A stretch of 64,000 bases of DNA from Histomonas meleagridis 2922-C6/04-290x (lineage: Eukaryota > Protista > Parabasalia). Position 1 is the stretch's first letter. The number at the start of each line of letters is the position of its first letter. Shown here one piece after another: positions 35,138-46,817 of this stretch. Location of the stretch: positions 62,001 through 126,000 of the forward strand of contig JAANOX010000007.1 of assembly GCA_020184695.1 (NCBI GenBank), in the 5' to 3' direction. The position numbers were made by a program, and so were the translations under genes. The notes under the pieces were generated by a model, which was given only the letters and a program-made list of their open reading frames with translations, did no database searches and had not been told where the DNA came from.

Positions 35138-36439
35138 TTAAAACATTAGCGGATTTTCCTCCAAGTGTTCAATCCATTGAAATCTTTGTATTTCACTTTC
35201 ATTTAAGAAATGATCTTCAACTTTCACCGTTTTCTTTTGTCCGCGCAAAGCGATTTTATCAGCAAATCTTATGTACGTTGGGCTTTCTTCATCGTTTATT
35301 TGTTTTTGAGATTCGAATTTCAAATTCAAAACATTCTTCAACATTTCCACTAATGATTGGGCGTATTTAATTCCATCTTCGAACAATACGAAGTAACGTT
35401 TCGATTGATCATCATCAAAAGGGTTATGATAAATATATGTGTAAACGATTCCTTTTTCATTTTTATAATATAATGAAAAAGCGTTCACTACTTCTGTTGA
35501 AGGGTTTAACATCCAATCGTTGACGTTAATAATTTGTTTATAAATAGGTGAAAACCAACTTACGAAATTAGCTTTCGATTGATTAACATTTTGGTCGAAA
35601 TATGATAACTCTTTAATTGTTTGAAGGAAATCATTTTTGTACCCATAGCGTATGAAAAACTCAACAAAGGTATCAAATGTTAAAATATCTGATTCTTGAT
35701 TTCCTAAGATATATACCAAGTTACGCTTAAGCTGCTCTTTGATTTCTTCCGTAATGGTCATCGTTTGTTTGTTTATTAAATAGGAAATAAAAAGATTTAA
35801 TGATGTTTCGGGAATTGCACATATTTCCGATTTCCATGTGTTAGCAAGTGAGATAACCAGGTTAGAAAACAACTGTTGGTTTAAATGGATTTGATTAAGT
35901 GATTTAAATGAAGTATAGATTTTGCATAACGAATTTTGTATTTGTGCACAATTAATACCTGTGTTTAAGAAGGACTTAATCAGTTCTTTTGGTATGGGAA
36001 AAGGAAAGGAAATTTTTTGTGCAGGTAATGGGCATAATGATGTCGGTAAAATATTTGCACATTCGAGTGTTGTTTGTGAAGAAAAATCTAACGTTAAATG
36101 AACACGGATTTTCCAGTGGCTTATGTCTGGGATTCCTGGAAATTGTGTTCGCATCTGTGCAGTTCCATTTGGGAATATACTAAATCCATGATCTCGAAAA
36201 TTTGTGTTAATAGAGTTAACTTTTAACTTCATGAGCTCACTTAAAATTCGTGAGTTGGTGATGAAATGCTTACCATCTGCCATCCATGATCCTCCTGTTT
36301 TATTGATCAATTCAGGATGTTCTTTGGTGAAGTTAAGAATTGCAAGAATTTTCACAATAAATTTTGTCCTTGTTGTTGCGCTATCCCTTGTTACAAAAGC
36401 TTGGAGTTCTTGCAATGTTTGGGCCCACTTCATAACCAA
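35138..36439 (-). CDS. Initiator-binding domain (IBD, IBP39-like) protein
   Basis: N-terminal KFIVKILAILNF...GGSW..DGKHFITNSRIL..LMKLKVNSINTNFRDHGF, typical of the parabasalid IBD family. Confidence 0.85.
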   Translation of the reverse strand: MVMKWAQTLQELQAFVTRDSATTRTKFIVKILAILNFTKEHPELINKTGGSWMADGKHFITNSRILSELMKLKVNSINTNFRDHGFSIFPNGTAQMRTQFPGIPDISHWKIRVHLTLDFSSQTTLECANILPTSLCPLPAQKISFPFPIPKELIKSFLNTGINCAQIQNSLCKIYTSFKSLNQIHLNQQLFSNLVISLANTWKSEICAIPETSLNLFISYLINKQTMTITEEIKEQLKRNLVYILGNQESDILTFDTFVEFFIRYGYKNDFLQTIKELSYFDQNVNQSKANFVSWFSPIYKQIINVNDWMLNPSTEVVNAFSLYYKNEKGIVYTYIYHNPFDDDQSKRYFVLFEDGIKYAQSLVEMLKNVLNLKFESQKQINDEESPTYIRFADKIALRGQKKTVKVEDHFLNESEIQRFQWIEHLEENPLMF

Positions 36440-37779
36440 TGAGAAACCAGTTCAAATTTACCCCAAATTGGATTGAATACACTGAAAATTTGTGTTTGAA
36501 TTGTGCAAAACCGTAAATTTCGCTTTAAAATTTCGATAGATTAGGAATCGTCTCATAAAGCAGTTCCTTTTACTAGGTTGTCACGATGTATGCAATTACT
36601 CAAAAAACGAAATGGGCTACTAAAAGGCGCTAATAATGTTAAGTCAAAGCCAACAAAATCCTTGACAAAAAAACAATATATTATTCAACAAAGATGTCAA
36701 AAATTCATGAATCAATGTAATTATAGCACAGGTCTAATTAAATGATTGATAGGTTTAGGACAAACACAAATTAATTGTTCTATTAGATGACTTTCTGTCA
36801 GATCTTTCAATTCATATATCATCATATCAATTGTTATATGTTTTTTCCAAAAAAACAAATAACATGGGCTTCAATGTAACCTTCTTTAATCAGGATGATG
36901 GGTAATTATATATACTTTTCAAATATTTATCAATAATTAAATTATATATTTTTTCTTGTTTTATCATATAATAAACAGCTAAAACAGTTAAAAATCATTC
37001 GTAGGAAAGTAACTATAACGAAAAGAACAGCTGATTTCACTCGAAAACAACACTTACGGAAAAGCAAAAATTCAATACATAAACGAATTTATCCTATTCA
37101 AATTTTCTGATATCAAATTTTGATTGAATAAAAATTTTTATTTTGTTGGCATTATTGCAGCTTAAATGTAACGGTAGATGCGGCCAAAGAGCATTTTAAC
37201 GAAAATTATCATCAAATATTTCATAAAATTTTCAAACAAAATTTGTATCAAAACTCCTATTACCCACTGAATAATTCTGTTTATAACCGTAGGTTCTCGA
37301 CAAAAAAATCAAATTACCTCACCAAATTATTTTGATTGGCAATAAAACAAATTTTAATCCTCCTGAACACATTTAAACGAATTACAAACACTTAACCAAC
37401 CAAAGTATCATTCATAGCCGTTATTAAAATGTTGAAAATTATTCAAACAATTTGCAAATCAAATCGTAATTTTATATGATATACATTAACTATATGCAAG
37501 ACAATCCGAGTAATTTATGTTATTTTTTTGCTTTTTGTCGATAATACAAAATATTTTATTTATATTATCAAAATGCATTTTGCACCAGCAATGACCACAC
37601 AGCAAAACATACAAATTCATTTATGCATTAATATGTTCATAAAATTGTTATTCAATTTGTTGAACATATTTACTATAACAATAATTCCAAACAACGAATT
37701 TGACACTGTTGGAACAGAAACAAAAGAAAATATACTAAAAGTGATTGAAATGGTTTATTCATGTTATACAAGTTTACGT

Positions 37780-39522
37780 TTACTTACCACGTCCGAACCA
37801 AGAGCGCTTCTTCAGTTTGCTTGTTTCGTTGCTTTGTGTTTGATTCACACTTGTGACGTTTGCATCAGTTGTGATATTTGTATCCAATGTTTTATTAGTA
37901 TTTGTTTGGTTGAGTTCTGTCGTTTGATTTACGACTTCTTCTTTAACAACAGTTTGGTTAATTGTTTCTGTAACATTTGATTCAGGAAGAATTGTTTCAT
38001 TTGAAATTGTTTGATTTGATATATTAGCATCAATTGTGACATTAGGTACAGTAATTGTTTGATTATCGATAACTGTATCATTGTGAGTTGTTACATTGAT
38101 TACTTCTGTTTGATTTTCAACTATTGGAATTGTTTGATTTGTTACGTTGACATCAAGAGTTACATTAGCTGGAATCGTTTCGTTAACTTCTTCTATTGTC
38201 TCATTGATAATTATCAAAGGCTTTGTTTCTGTAATATTTTCTTCGACATAATTAGAAATATTTACAATCGCTTGTTCAACATTCTTTACGGGCTTCTTCT
38301 TAATTGGCTTTGGCTTTGGTGTCTCAATATGCCTTACTTTCTTTGAATGAGCGCATATGTATTCCAATACTGCAGGATTTGCCACCGATACAACTTTTGA
38401 CGCGTTAACCGCCAAATAACCACTTCGGATCATTTTTCCCACAATTTTTGCGTTGTTTCTAACTTTTGATATGTTTACCCAGGGAACTTCACCTTTGGAC
38501 ACACAAAATTGGTACCAAACTGGATGATCAGGTTTTATCATCAACTTATTCATCTCATAGTCTATTTTTTCCTTGACTATTTTCATTGAGTCTTCGAAGC
38601 TTTCATATGTTTGCATTTCTTCATATACATATGCAAGTGATCCGCCATGTCCGCCGAACTTTTTGATGATCTCCGCTGCTTCTTGTGACGTAAATAAGCG
38701 ATTAGTCACATGGACCTTTTCTAAAGTGTTTTGGATTGGAGCAGTAAATGCAAACTCAAACATTTCGCCAAGTCTTTTAGATTTAAGACTGTGAAGAGAG
38801 TTTGTAAGCTCCACAACAAAGGGAACAAACTCGGAATATTGCGCACGATTAAGGAGGCGATGATATGTTACATTAAAAATGTGTGAACCAAGTTTGCGTC
38901 CATCAATTGTTTTAAGTTTTGGAAGTTTATCAGCATGGTATACAAAGATATATGGTTTAACTATTGGGTTGAAACGGGAAATGAGGTTAAGAAAGTCTTC
39001 TGGTTGAGTAAGAAGAGAATCAGCAGCATCTTCAATGAGATGATAAGCACGTGAAAGACTTAAATCAGTGAAAAGAGTTCGATTGGGCTTAGGGATAACA
39101 GAAAGAGATCCAAGATTTTGTACTTCACTGGGAGATAAAACTTCTGATAATAAAGAAAGACTTTTTATAGCTGATATTTTGATGGAATCAACAACCTCTT
39201 CAACAGTGTTAGTATTTTCAACATGAACACTAATTGGAAGTCCTTTATTGCTGATGATTTTCTTGGAAAGAATGTCTAAAAGTCGTGATTTACCTGTTTT
39301 ATATGGACCAGTAACAATAAGAACATGATTTGCAGGATCTCGTGAGAGATAGTTATGTACAGAAATGTTTAAATCTCTATTCCAAATGAATGGAAAAGTT
39401 CCAGTCTGACGAACAAATTTTGGTTTCCTAAGGATAAAGTAGAGAATGATGGCAAGAATTAAAACTATTACTGGAATAATATATCTTAATGGGCTCTTGC
39501 GTTGTTTTGTAGTTGCATCCAT
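37780..39522 (-). CDS. Membrane-anchored protein with a P-loop-like domain and an N-glycosylation-sequon-rich C-terminal stalk
   Basis: N-terminal TM (YIIPVIVLILAIILYFIL), VLIVTGPYKTGKS Walker A, and more than 20 N-x-T/S sequons in the last 170 aa. Confidence 0.75.
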   Translation of the reverse strand: MDATTKQRKSPLRYIIPVIVLILAIILYFILRKPKFVRQTGTFPFIWNRDLNISVHNYLSRDPANHVLIVTGPYKTGKSRLLDILSKKIISNKGLPISVHVENTNTVEEVVDSIKISAIKSLSLLSEVLSPSEVQNLGSLSVIPKPNRTLFTDLSLSRAYHLIEDAADSLLTQPEDFLNLISRFNPIVKPYIFVYHADKLPKLKTIDGRKLGSHIFNVTYHRLLNRAQYSEFVPFVVELTNSLHSLKSKRLGEMFEFAFTAPIQNTLEKVHVTNRLFTSQEAAEIIKKFGGHGGSLAYVYEEMQTYESFEDSMKIVKEKIDYEMNKLMIKPDHPVWYQFCVSKGEVPWVNISKVRNNAKIVGKMIRSGYLAVNASKVVSVANPAVLEYICAHSKKVRHIETPKPKPIKKKPVKNVEQAIVNISNYVEENITETKPLIIINETIEEVNETIPANVTLDVNVTNQTIPIVENQTEVINVTTHNDTVIDNQTITVPNVTIDANISNQTISNETILPESNVTETINQTVVKEEVVNQTTELNQTNTNKTLDTNITTDANVTSVNQTQSNETSKLKKRSWFGRGK

Positions 39523-39623
39523 TACTTTTTTGAAGAGACCGTTAAAAATGTATTTTCAACAAATGTTCTAATAAACGGTCGATTTTTTATAACAGAAAAC
39601 ACGTTACGTAATCAGAAGAAAGA

Positions 39624-41219
39624 ATGATTCAAAGCAATCCTGAAACAAATGAAAAAGAAAACAAATCAGATTCATCAAGTAATTCTAAAAGTAGCAAGTC
39701 CTCAAAATCTTCAAAAAATCAAGAAGAACAAAAAATTTCAATTCCTCAAATTATTCCTGCTAGTGAAAATATCTCTAACATTATTAGCGATGATGACCAA
39801 CTAGAACCTGAAAAAAATACGCAACTTAGCAAGTCATCTTCCAACAATGAATTAACTAATAAAAGTAATTCACCAAGTGACAAACAAAAAGACAAGGCTT
39901 CATCTATTTCATCTGATAAGGAAAATGAAAATGAATCCAAAGACTTAACAACAGATAAACCCAAAGATATATCCTCTTCTTCATCTTCAAGCAAAGAAAA
40001 TGTCATGCCTATTAACCACGCTAATACCACAGGTGAACAACCGAAACCAATGCAAAACAATAAATCTGATTCTGATCATTCATCTGATAATGGAAATGAA
40101 GAAGCATCTAGTGATGAAGCCAATCCCACCACTGAGGAAGGTTTAGTTGTATCTGACAATGTACCTCCAATACCGATTCGTCGTGCACCTCCACCACCAC
40201 GTTATTCAATTGAAGAATTAGACAGAGAACTTAACAAATTCATTCACCCCAAACGTGGCAAAAAGGCCGAACAAATTCCACGAGATATGCGACGTCCACT
40301 TTTGCAGCATTTATCACGTCGCAAAGTCGAAGCCATTGAGAAACAAGACTATGACAAAGGCGACCAACTTAACACCGCTCTTATCAACATCCGTAAATCA
40401 TTACAAAGTTATACTATGCAAACGGATGCGCAAAACGAGCAACAAATTACTCGCGCGCGTCTACAAGAAGTTCGTGAAGAATATTCACATATGGAAGATG
40501 AATGGGATCATCGACTTAAAGAGTTACAACAAAAAATGGACGACCAAGAGAAAGAACTTAAAGAGAAACAAGAAAATGAAATAAAAACATTTACTGATGA
40601 ATGGAATGATCCGAAATCATTAAACGAATTTAATAAGCCATCGCCGATTTTGATACAGATTCGGAGCGTCGAAAAGAATATGGCATTGACAGGCGACTTC
40701 AAAGGCGCGAAAGCTATGAAAAAACGAGGCGAAGAACTCGAGAAAAAAGAAACGCGCGAAGCACAAGCGAAAGCTGAAGCTTCAATGCGAAGAGCTTATG
40801 CATGTTTAGAACGAAAGCATCAAAGAGAATTAGAGGCACATAAAAGATTAGCACATAAGATGAAGTTACAAGCAGAGTTAAAGAAAGAAAGTGAACTTCA
40901 GCCGTATATAATGGCAATAAAAAAGTTGGAAATGATGGAAAAGAAAACATTAACACAAAAAAGACCGGCAACTGCAGTAATGAGATCCCGTTGTATGACC
41001 GCGAGAACTCAAATGAGATTGCCATTGGAAGATAGACCGGCAGTGTCAACGCCAAGAACAATGAGAAAGTTGGCAAACATTAGAGCAACATCAAAAGCGG
41101 AAACGTTACCGATAAAGAACGTTAAGGCAAACAACTTCGTGAAGACAACAAGAATGAAACAGAAAAAGAAAGACGACGAAGAGAAAAAAGAAGTGGTGAA
41201 AAAAAGATATACATTTTGA
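39624..41219 (+). CDS. Hypothetical protein, Ser-rich N-terminus and long coiled coil
   Basis: Intact 531-aa ORF, relatively GC-rich coding composition. Confidence 0.75.
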   Translation: MIQSNPETNEKENKSDSSSNSKSSKSSKSSKNQEEQKISIPQIIPASENISNIISDDDQLEPEKNTQLSKSSSNNELTNKSNSPSDKQKDKASSISSDKENENESKDLTTDKPKDISSSSSSSKENVMPINHANTTGEQPKPMQNNKSDSDHSSDNGNEEASSDEANPTTEEGLVVSDNVPPIPIRRAPPPPRYSIEELDRELNKFIHPKRGKKAEQIPRDMRRPLLQHLSRRKVEAIEKQDYDKGDQLNTALINIRKSLQSYTMQTDAQNEQQITRARLQEVREEYSHMEDEWDHRLKELQQKMDDQEKELKEKQENEIKTFTDEWNDPKSLNEFNKPSPILIQIRSVEKNMALTGDFKGAKAMKKRGEELEKKETREAQAKAEASMRRAYACLERKHQRELEAHKRLAHKMKLQAELKKESELQPYIMAIKKLEMMEKKTLTQKRPATAVMRSRCMTARTQMRLPLEDRPAVSTPRTMRKLANIRATSKAETLPIKNVKANNFVKTTRMKQKKKDDEEKKEVVKKRYTF

Positions 41220-41269
41220 TTATTTTGTTAAAAACCTTTTTTGATATGATAAATTGTTTTGTTACACTT

Positions 41270-41565
41270 TTTTGTTGAAGGTTTTTTCAAAATGTGTTAA
41301 AAAAGATAATTATGAAATTTTAGCATTTTTGGAAGATAAAGGAATTGTTAATGCTGATAATATAAACGAATCAGCAAGAAATGGAAATTTTTATCTCCTT
41401 AAATATTTAATTCTTCAAAATAATCAAATTCCAAAAATATTTTGCCATTTGCTTCAGAATCAGGAAATATTGAACTTGTGAAATATGTTTGAGAACAAAA
41501 AGGAATTAATGTTAATGCAAAAAATATTCATTTGAATAATTTGAAATATGTTTTAATAATTTGGA
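41270..41565 (+). pseudogene. Relic 3' fragment of a DUF3447-ankyrin gene (locus E) with two [17 nt + codon] blocks
   Basis: NYEILAFLEDKG..SARNGNFYLLKY..ASESGNIELVKYV*EQKGINVNAKN, with a frameshift and an in-frame TGA; then elements at 41526-41542 (+GAA) and 41546-41562 (+GGA). Confidence 0.7.
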
Positions 41566-42032
41566 ATATGTTTGATGATGGTAATAAGTAACAAAAGTTA
41601 GAGTTTATGTGAAAAAAAAATAATTTGCCAATCATCAATGACTTCATGTCTTCTTTCACAATGTTAACATTATACAATCCATTACACGTTTTATTTTCAA
41701 TTATTCCGTTTTGGTAAGTCCAAATGAAGAAATTTCATTATGTTATTCCTGATATATATTTCCCCATTCATTACTTATTGATGATGTATAATCATTATTC
41801 GAACGTTCAGTAATTCCTTCAATTTATAATAATAAGAAGCATTATGTTAGAAAGTGAATATATGAACTGAGCTTAGTGAACGAGCACGAATAATAATAAG
41901 TGGAGAACGTTTGATTTTTTTATTGTACGATTAAAATGCACTCAAAAATTTTATTAACAGCGGGTCGAAGAAAAATGTCACATTTTTTATGAAGTTAACT
42001 GTTCGAGTGGCTGCTTACGTTTATCAAAAAAG

Positions 42033-43463
42033 ATGAAAAATAACAATTTAAACGATCTAATAAACCAAAATGATCCACAAATAGAAAAGATATTAACAAA
42101 CCCTTCGTTTGTTCCAAGGTTAAAATTAAATGATAAAAAATTGCAAAATTTTTTGGTCAATAAATTTGATGAAATTTACACTTATATTTTTGAAACAAAA
42201 GTTATACCAAGATCTGCATATGCTTCGTTTTATTTGATAATGCAGAGTTTAAAGCAAAACATAAAAGAAAAAATTTTCAAGAATTCCAAATTTATTGATT
42301 TTTATAAAAATTTTCCTAAAAATATTAAAAACTACTCTCCTCCGAAGCAAGACATCTTTTTCGACATTATCCAGTTCGTCTTACCAAATGATAAAAACGA
42401 TTCAAATTTATTATTTGATAATAAATCCGAATTTTATATAGAACTACTTTCAAAATGTGATTTAGATACTGTAGCTGATTATTTGATTTCTCTGATAGAA
42501 GAACAAGATAAAAATTTTCTTTCGATAATTCACGATATTAATTTCTTTGACACTATTTGTAAAAATATCATTGGAAGTTCCAAACTTAGCACAAATTCTC
42601 AAAAGATTTTACAAGTTTGTCTTAGTAATGGCCTTGAATCCAACGTAATATCATCCTTAACAAAAGATAATTTCATATGTAAATTTATAGATTTTGCCAC
42701 AGACACATGTGATAGACAATGTCTTTCTCTAGTACAAAATTTCCATGCCAAATCACATTCTAAAAATCACAAAGTCGAATGGAAGAATGTTCGACTTTCT
42801 ATTTCAAGGCGAAAATCTAAATTTGTTTCCATTATTTTAAACTCAGAAAAGTTTAATGAATCTGTGAATTATTCTCTTCTTATTTTGTGTCGGATGCTTC
42901 GAACTAATAAAAAACTTTTTAATGGTTTTCCTGCAGTTGTTTCTAAACTTTCAAATGATTTTTTCCATTTCCCAACAAATTCATTTTTACATAATTCCGT
43001 TTTAAGCATGTTTAAGGTAATGAATAAAAAGATGTTGTTGACGGATGAACTTGTTAAGGAATTTGGAAATGCATTAATTAAAGCATTCGAAACAAAACAC
43101 CAAGAAAAAAATAAATATATGTATTGGGGACAAGCGCGAGAAATTTTTTATATAATTTTTCCATATTTAAAACTGTTTGATCCAGAAAAAATTGGATTAA
43201 TTAAAGAGGAATTTGATAGAGAAGAAAAAATAATAAAAGACAAAACGCCAATAAATATTGTGGAATTTAAGAAAAATAAGAAAACGAAAAGGAAAAAGAA
43301 AACTGTTTATATAAAGAAAGTAAAGAAAACGAAAAATGAGAATTTAGAAAAGAAGAGATCAATGATAGAGTTATTACTATTAATACTACTTCTGATAATT
43401 TCATTGATCGTTTTGTTTTTTGCTAATCATCTTAGATTGCGAATCGAATGGGTAAATTACTAA
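42033..43463 (+). CDS. Hypothetical protein, possibly SAPS/SIT4-associated-like, with C-terminal TM segment
   Basis: 476-aa ORF; FFHFPTNSFLHNSV resembles the SAPS motif FF.YPWNNFLH; the family call is weak. Confidence 0.5.
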   Translation: MKNNNLNDLINQNDPQIEKILTNPSFVPRLKLNDKKLQNFLVNKFDEIYTYIFETKVIPRSAYASFYLIMQSLKQNIKEKIFKNSKFIDFYKNFPKNIKNYSPPKQDIFFDIIQFVLPNDKNDSNLLFDNKSEFYIELLSKCDLDTVADYLISLIEEQDKNFLSIIHDINFFDTICKNIIGSSKLSTNSQKILQVCLSNGLESNVISSLTKDNFICKFIDFATDTCDRQCLSLVQNFHAKSHSKNHKVEWKNVRLSISRRKSKFVSIILNSEKFNESVNYSLLILCRMLRTNKKLFNGFPAVVSKLSNDFFHFPTNSFLHNSVLSMFKVMNKKMLLTDELVKEFGNALIKAFETKHQEKNKYMYWGQAREIFYIIFPYLKLFDPEKIGLIKEEFDREEKIIKDKTPINIVEFKKNKKTKRKKKTVYIKKVKKTKNENLEKKRSMIELLLLILLLIISLIVLFFANHLRLRIEWVNY

Positions 43464-44041
43464 ATAAATGTAATGTTTGTTGTTATATAATTTTTATATT
43501 TTTATTTGATAAAAGTTAAAAACATATTGTCATTTGTTGCAATTATTTTTATTGAACATGTAAGAATTAAAAAATATAAAAAGTAAATTTTCATCAAAAA
43601 ACTAAATCATTTCATACTATCAATTTTTTGTTTGAATAAACGCAATAGAAAGAAAATAGATGAACTTACATTACATAATTATTAATACTATAAAATTGCA
43701 TTAGGAAAATAATTTTTGTGTATTTCTTTTTTTATTGTTATTGTAATCAAAACAATATGAAGAATTTTTGCTGGATCAAATACTTAAACCATAATTAATT
43801 ATTATTTATCATAGAATTATAAAAATTATATTTTGAACTTAAAATAAAATTAATAACATATTTATAGGCAACATTTGAATGAAAAGCATTTTCATGTTAA
43901 ACTTTCAATTTTTTCTCAATAATTAAAATTCTTGCTTAAATAAAAATCTAAATCAGACGAATGCTACAATTAAGTTTCATAAAAAAAATCACAACATTAT
44001 AATTTATGCAAAAATTAATAGTGGAATCTCTAAATAGATTT

Positions 44042-45415
44042 TTACTGCTTATTTTTATGTTTGCCTTCTATTATTTTATCCAACAGCATTGCGTTTGCCT
44101 TAATCACATCCTTTGCCGGCATCACACCTAAGTAAGCAGTGTACAATTCGTATACTTCTACTCCGTTATCATTTAGCTTTCCCTGTAAATACTTTATGAA
44201 CTTTGTGTATGACTCTGTTTCGCCAGAACTGTTGTACTTACTTAAAACGCTTTTATCCAAAACAACGTTTTGACCTTTTGTGTTTCGCACAACAATTTCA
44301 TATGTATATTGGAAATGTATTTCATTCCGAAGCGCTGCAATGTAACGACTTTGGAACGCTTTAAGTCCAAACGAAACCATATTTCGCTTTATCTTTTCGC
44401 ATAAGTAATATTGCCTGGCTTCAATATCGTTGTTCGATTTCGGTGGATCAATGTTCTCCGGCTCACGATATGTACCATTACTACGGTTGACGAGAATGTA
44501 ATGAACTATGCCAGTCATATAAATCGATGGCTTCGGCTTATGCTTATCTGATAGATATCGATTAAGTTTGGCACAAAAGTCTTTAGATACGGTATGGATC
44601 TTATGCGTAAGCTCAGGTGTTGGTTTCTCTTCTTTGGTCACAAAAATAAGAACATATGGACTTTTGCCATATTGTATCTTGGAAAGAAAACATCGCTCAA
44701 CGTTATGGTCAAAGTGAACATTGCCACCCCTGTGAACAATGGAGTCAGCTGTGGGCTCTTCTATGGGCGCGTTTTCATCAAATGTTGTCGTTCGAGTTTC
44801 CATACGTTCAAAAAGTGATATCTGGAAAACATCCCCTGGTTCGAGTGGTGATGCTGAGGGATTAGTGTAACAAGCAACTATTTGATGATCACGAAATACA
44901 ATAAATTCAATAATTAATTTTCCTTGATCGCTTTGAATTGGTTCAAATAATGGTTGGACTGGAATCTTATCAGTTATGTCTGGAAAGTTTTTATAATACG
45001 GAGGGAGCATTAATAGGAATTTGTAATCTTTTACACAAAGTTCGAAAAATAATTCAATGTAACGAGCATATAGCTCACGAAAAGCAGCGACAATGTTTTT
45101 GGACATGAAGTTTTCGAAATGAGCGCCCAGAAGGAAAATAGCTGTGTCTTTAATTATCTTGAGAAGAAAACCTAAAGCTTCTTCGGAATAATTTTCTTCT
45201 GAAACAATAGAAAATAAAATCCCATTCCACATCTTAAGAACAACCAATTTATCACCAGCATGAAATGAATTTACATTTTCGCCAAAATTTTGGAAAAGAA
45301 AAGCATTGGAATTAATAAGTGTCAAACCTTCTTCATTTCGTGTGTTCAATGGGTAATATGTTGTTGAGTTTGATATTACTTTAACTGAGTTTTTTGGCGA
45401 GAAATTAAAATCCAT
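44042..45415 (-). CDS. Hypothetical protein, possibly longin-domain (HPS1/Mon1/Fuzzy-like)
   Basis: Intact 457-aa ORF; N-terminal GILFSIVSEENYSEEALGFLL pattern is reminiscent of a first longin domain; the family call is weak. Confidence 0.5.
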   Translation of the reverse strand: MDFNFSPKNSVKVISNSTTYYPLNTRNEEGLTLINSNAFLFQNFGENVNSFHAGDKLVVLKMWNGILFSIVSEENYSEEALGFLLKIIKDTAIFLLGAHFENFMSKNIVAAFRELYARYIELFFELCVKDYKFLLMLPPYYKNFPDITDKIPVQPLFEPIQSDQGKLIIEFIVFRDHQIVACYTNPSASPLEPGDVFQISLFERMETRTTTFDENAPIEEPTADSIVHRGGNVHFDHNVERCFLSKIQYGKSPYVLIFVTKEEKPTPELTHKIHTVSKDFCAKLNRYLSDKHKPKPSIYMTGIVHYILVNRSNGTYREPENIDPPKSNNDIEARQYYLCEKIKRNMVSFGLKAFQSRYIAALRNEIHFQYTYEIVVRNTKGQNVVLDKSVLSKYNSSGETESYTKFIKYLQGKLNDNGVEVYELYTAYLGVMPAKDVIKANAMLLDKIIEGKHKNKQ

Positions 45416-45881
45416 GGATTCCTAATTTTTTATATGGATCTATCGGCATGTTTCCCCCTCAAAAACGATCGAAAAGTATTCAATAATAGTTTAGAACCTT
45501 CATTTTAAAAACTTTACATATGATTTTTGTATTCCGACATGCATATCGGTTTTGCAACGATCAAATTTGATTGAATTATTTTTTTTTAGAAATCATAATT
45601 TCCTTCTTTGTGTTTGATTTTTAGTGTTGTATTTGATTTATTTTTTTTGCAAATTTCTAAGTGCATGTTCAACAAATTTGTCGCACAAAAATTTGTATAT
45701 GTTTAAGCATCTCTCTTAAAAATAAATACAAATAAATTGATAAACAATATAATATGGTTTAAAGGATACTCAATTTTTTTTGTCTGAAACTTCAATGAAC
45801 TTTACATTATTTTTTCAATTGATTTATCATTACTCAAATATTTATAAATACTTCTTAAATATTTTTTCAAAAATGTTTATT

Positions 45882-46562
45882 TCACTCAATCAATAAAATT
45901 GGATATTTTCCTTTTGGATACAACATTTCGCATTCATTGAGGAAGTATCCCCATTCAAGCTCAGATGTAATTTGAATTGTGTCATTCTCAAGGTCCATAA
46001 CGCTGATCTTTTTGAAGTTTGGTGCAAGTTTGTTAAAATATTCAATTGCTGATTCGTATGAAATTCCTTTTGGTAGTGATGTGAAAATTGCATAGTCGCG
46101 TGTATAAGGCGCAAGTTTAAATTGAAAAGTATCATCAGATTTTTGAATTTCTTCGATTAAATTAAGTTTTGTAAATCCACTTAATTCTGCATTTTTAAGA
46201 ATAAGGAAATTTATCGAACCTAAATTACTACCAAAGTATTCCCTGAAACAACAAATAACATCACGATCATTTCGTATCCATATTTTGAAGCGTGATTTAT
46301 CTTCATATCCAAAGACTGCCGTTTTTCCTTCTTTTTCAGCAACCTGTTTGAACAACTCTTCGTAGTTACAGTTAGATGAAATGTGACGTTCATATCTTGA
46401 AACGCCAATATGGAATTTAATATCTTGTCGAAAAACAACATCATTTTGCCCACTTTTTTGAGATGGAGACAAAGCATCTAGTTGAACTTGAAGCTTCTTG
46501 CTTTTGCTTTCTTCTTCGTTAATTAGTGAATCAACATATGAAAGGATTTCGTTGTTGTTCAT
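45882..46562 (-). CDS. Hypothetical protein with a short coiled coil and two PB1-like segments
   Basis: 226-aa ORF; FGYEDKSRFKIWIRNDRDV and ISVMDLENDTIQITSELEW resemble PB1 acidic loops. Confidence 0.55.
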   Translation of the reverse strand: MNNNEILSYVDSLINEEESKSKKLQVQLDALSPSQKSGQNDVVFRQDIKFHIGVSRYERHISSNCNYEELFKQVAEKEGKTAVFGYEDKSRFKIWIRNDRDVICCFREYFGSNLGSINFLILKNAELSGFTKLNLIEEIQKSDDTFQFKLAPYTRDYAIFTSLPKGISYESAIEYFNKLAPNFKKISVMDLENDTIQITSELEWGYFLNECEMLYPKGKYPILLIE

Positions 46563-46817
46563 TGATGAAACAATTTGTATTCAAATAACCGGCATACCAA
46601 ATAAACGGTCATCGCTTAATGCTAAGTCACATCACATTTTCACTATTTAAAATTTTCATTTAAAATTAAATACTTTAATGCAAAAGTATTTTTTAATCTT
46701 TGGGAACTAAAACAAATTAGATCTCAAAGTCTCAAATTGGTTTAATTTTAATAACATAAATGAACTTACAAGTTTAAGCATTTCATAAAATTATCTAAAT
46801 TAAAGCATTCATTTAAA

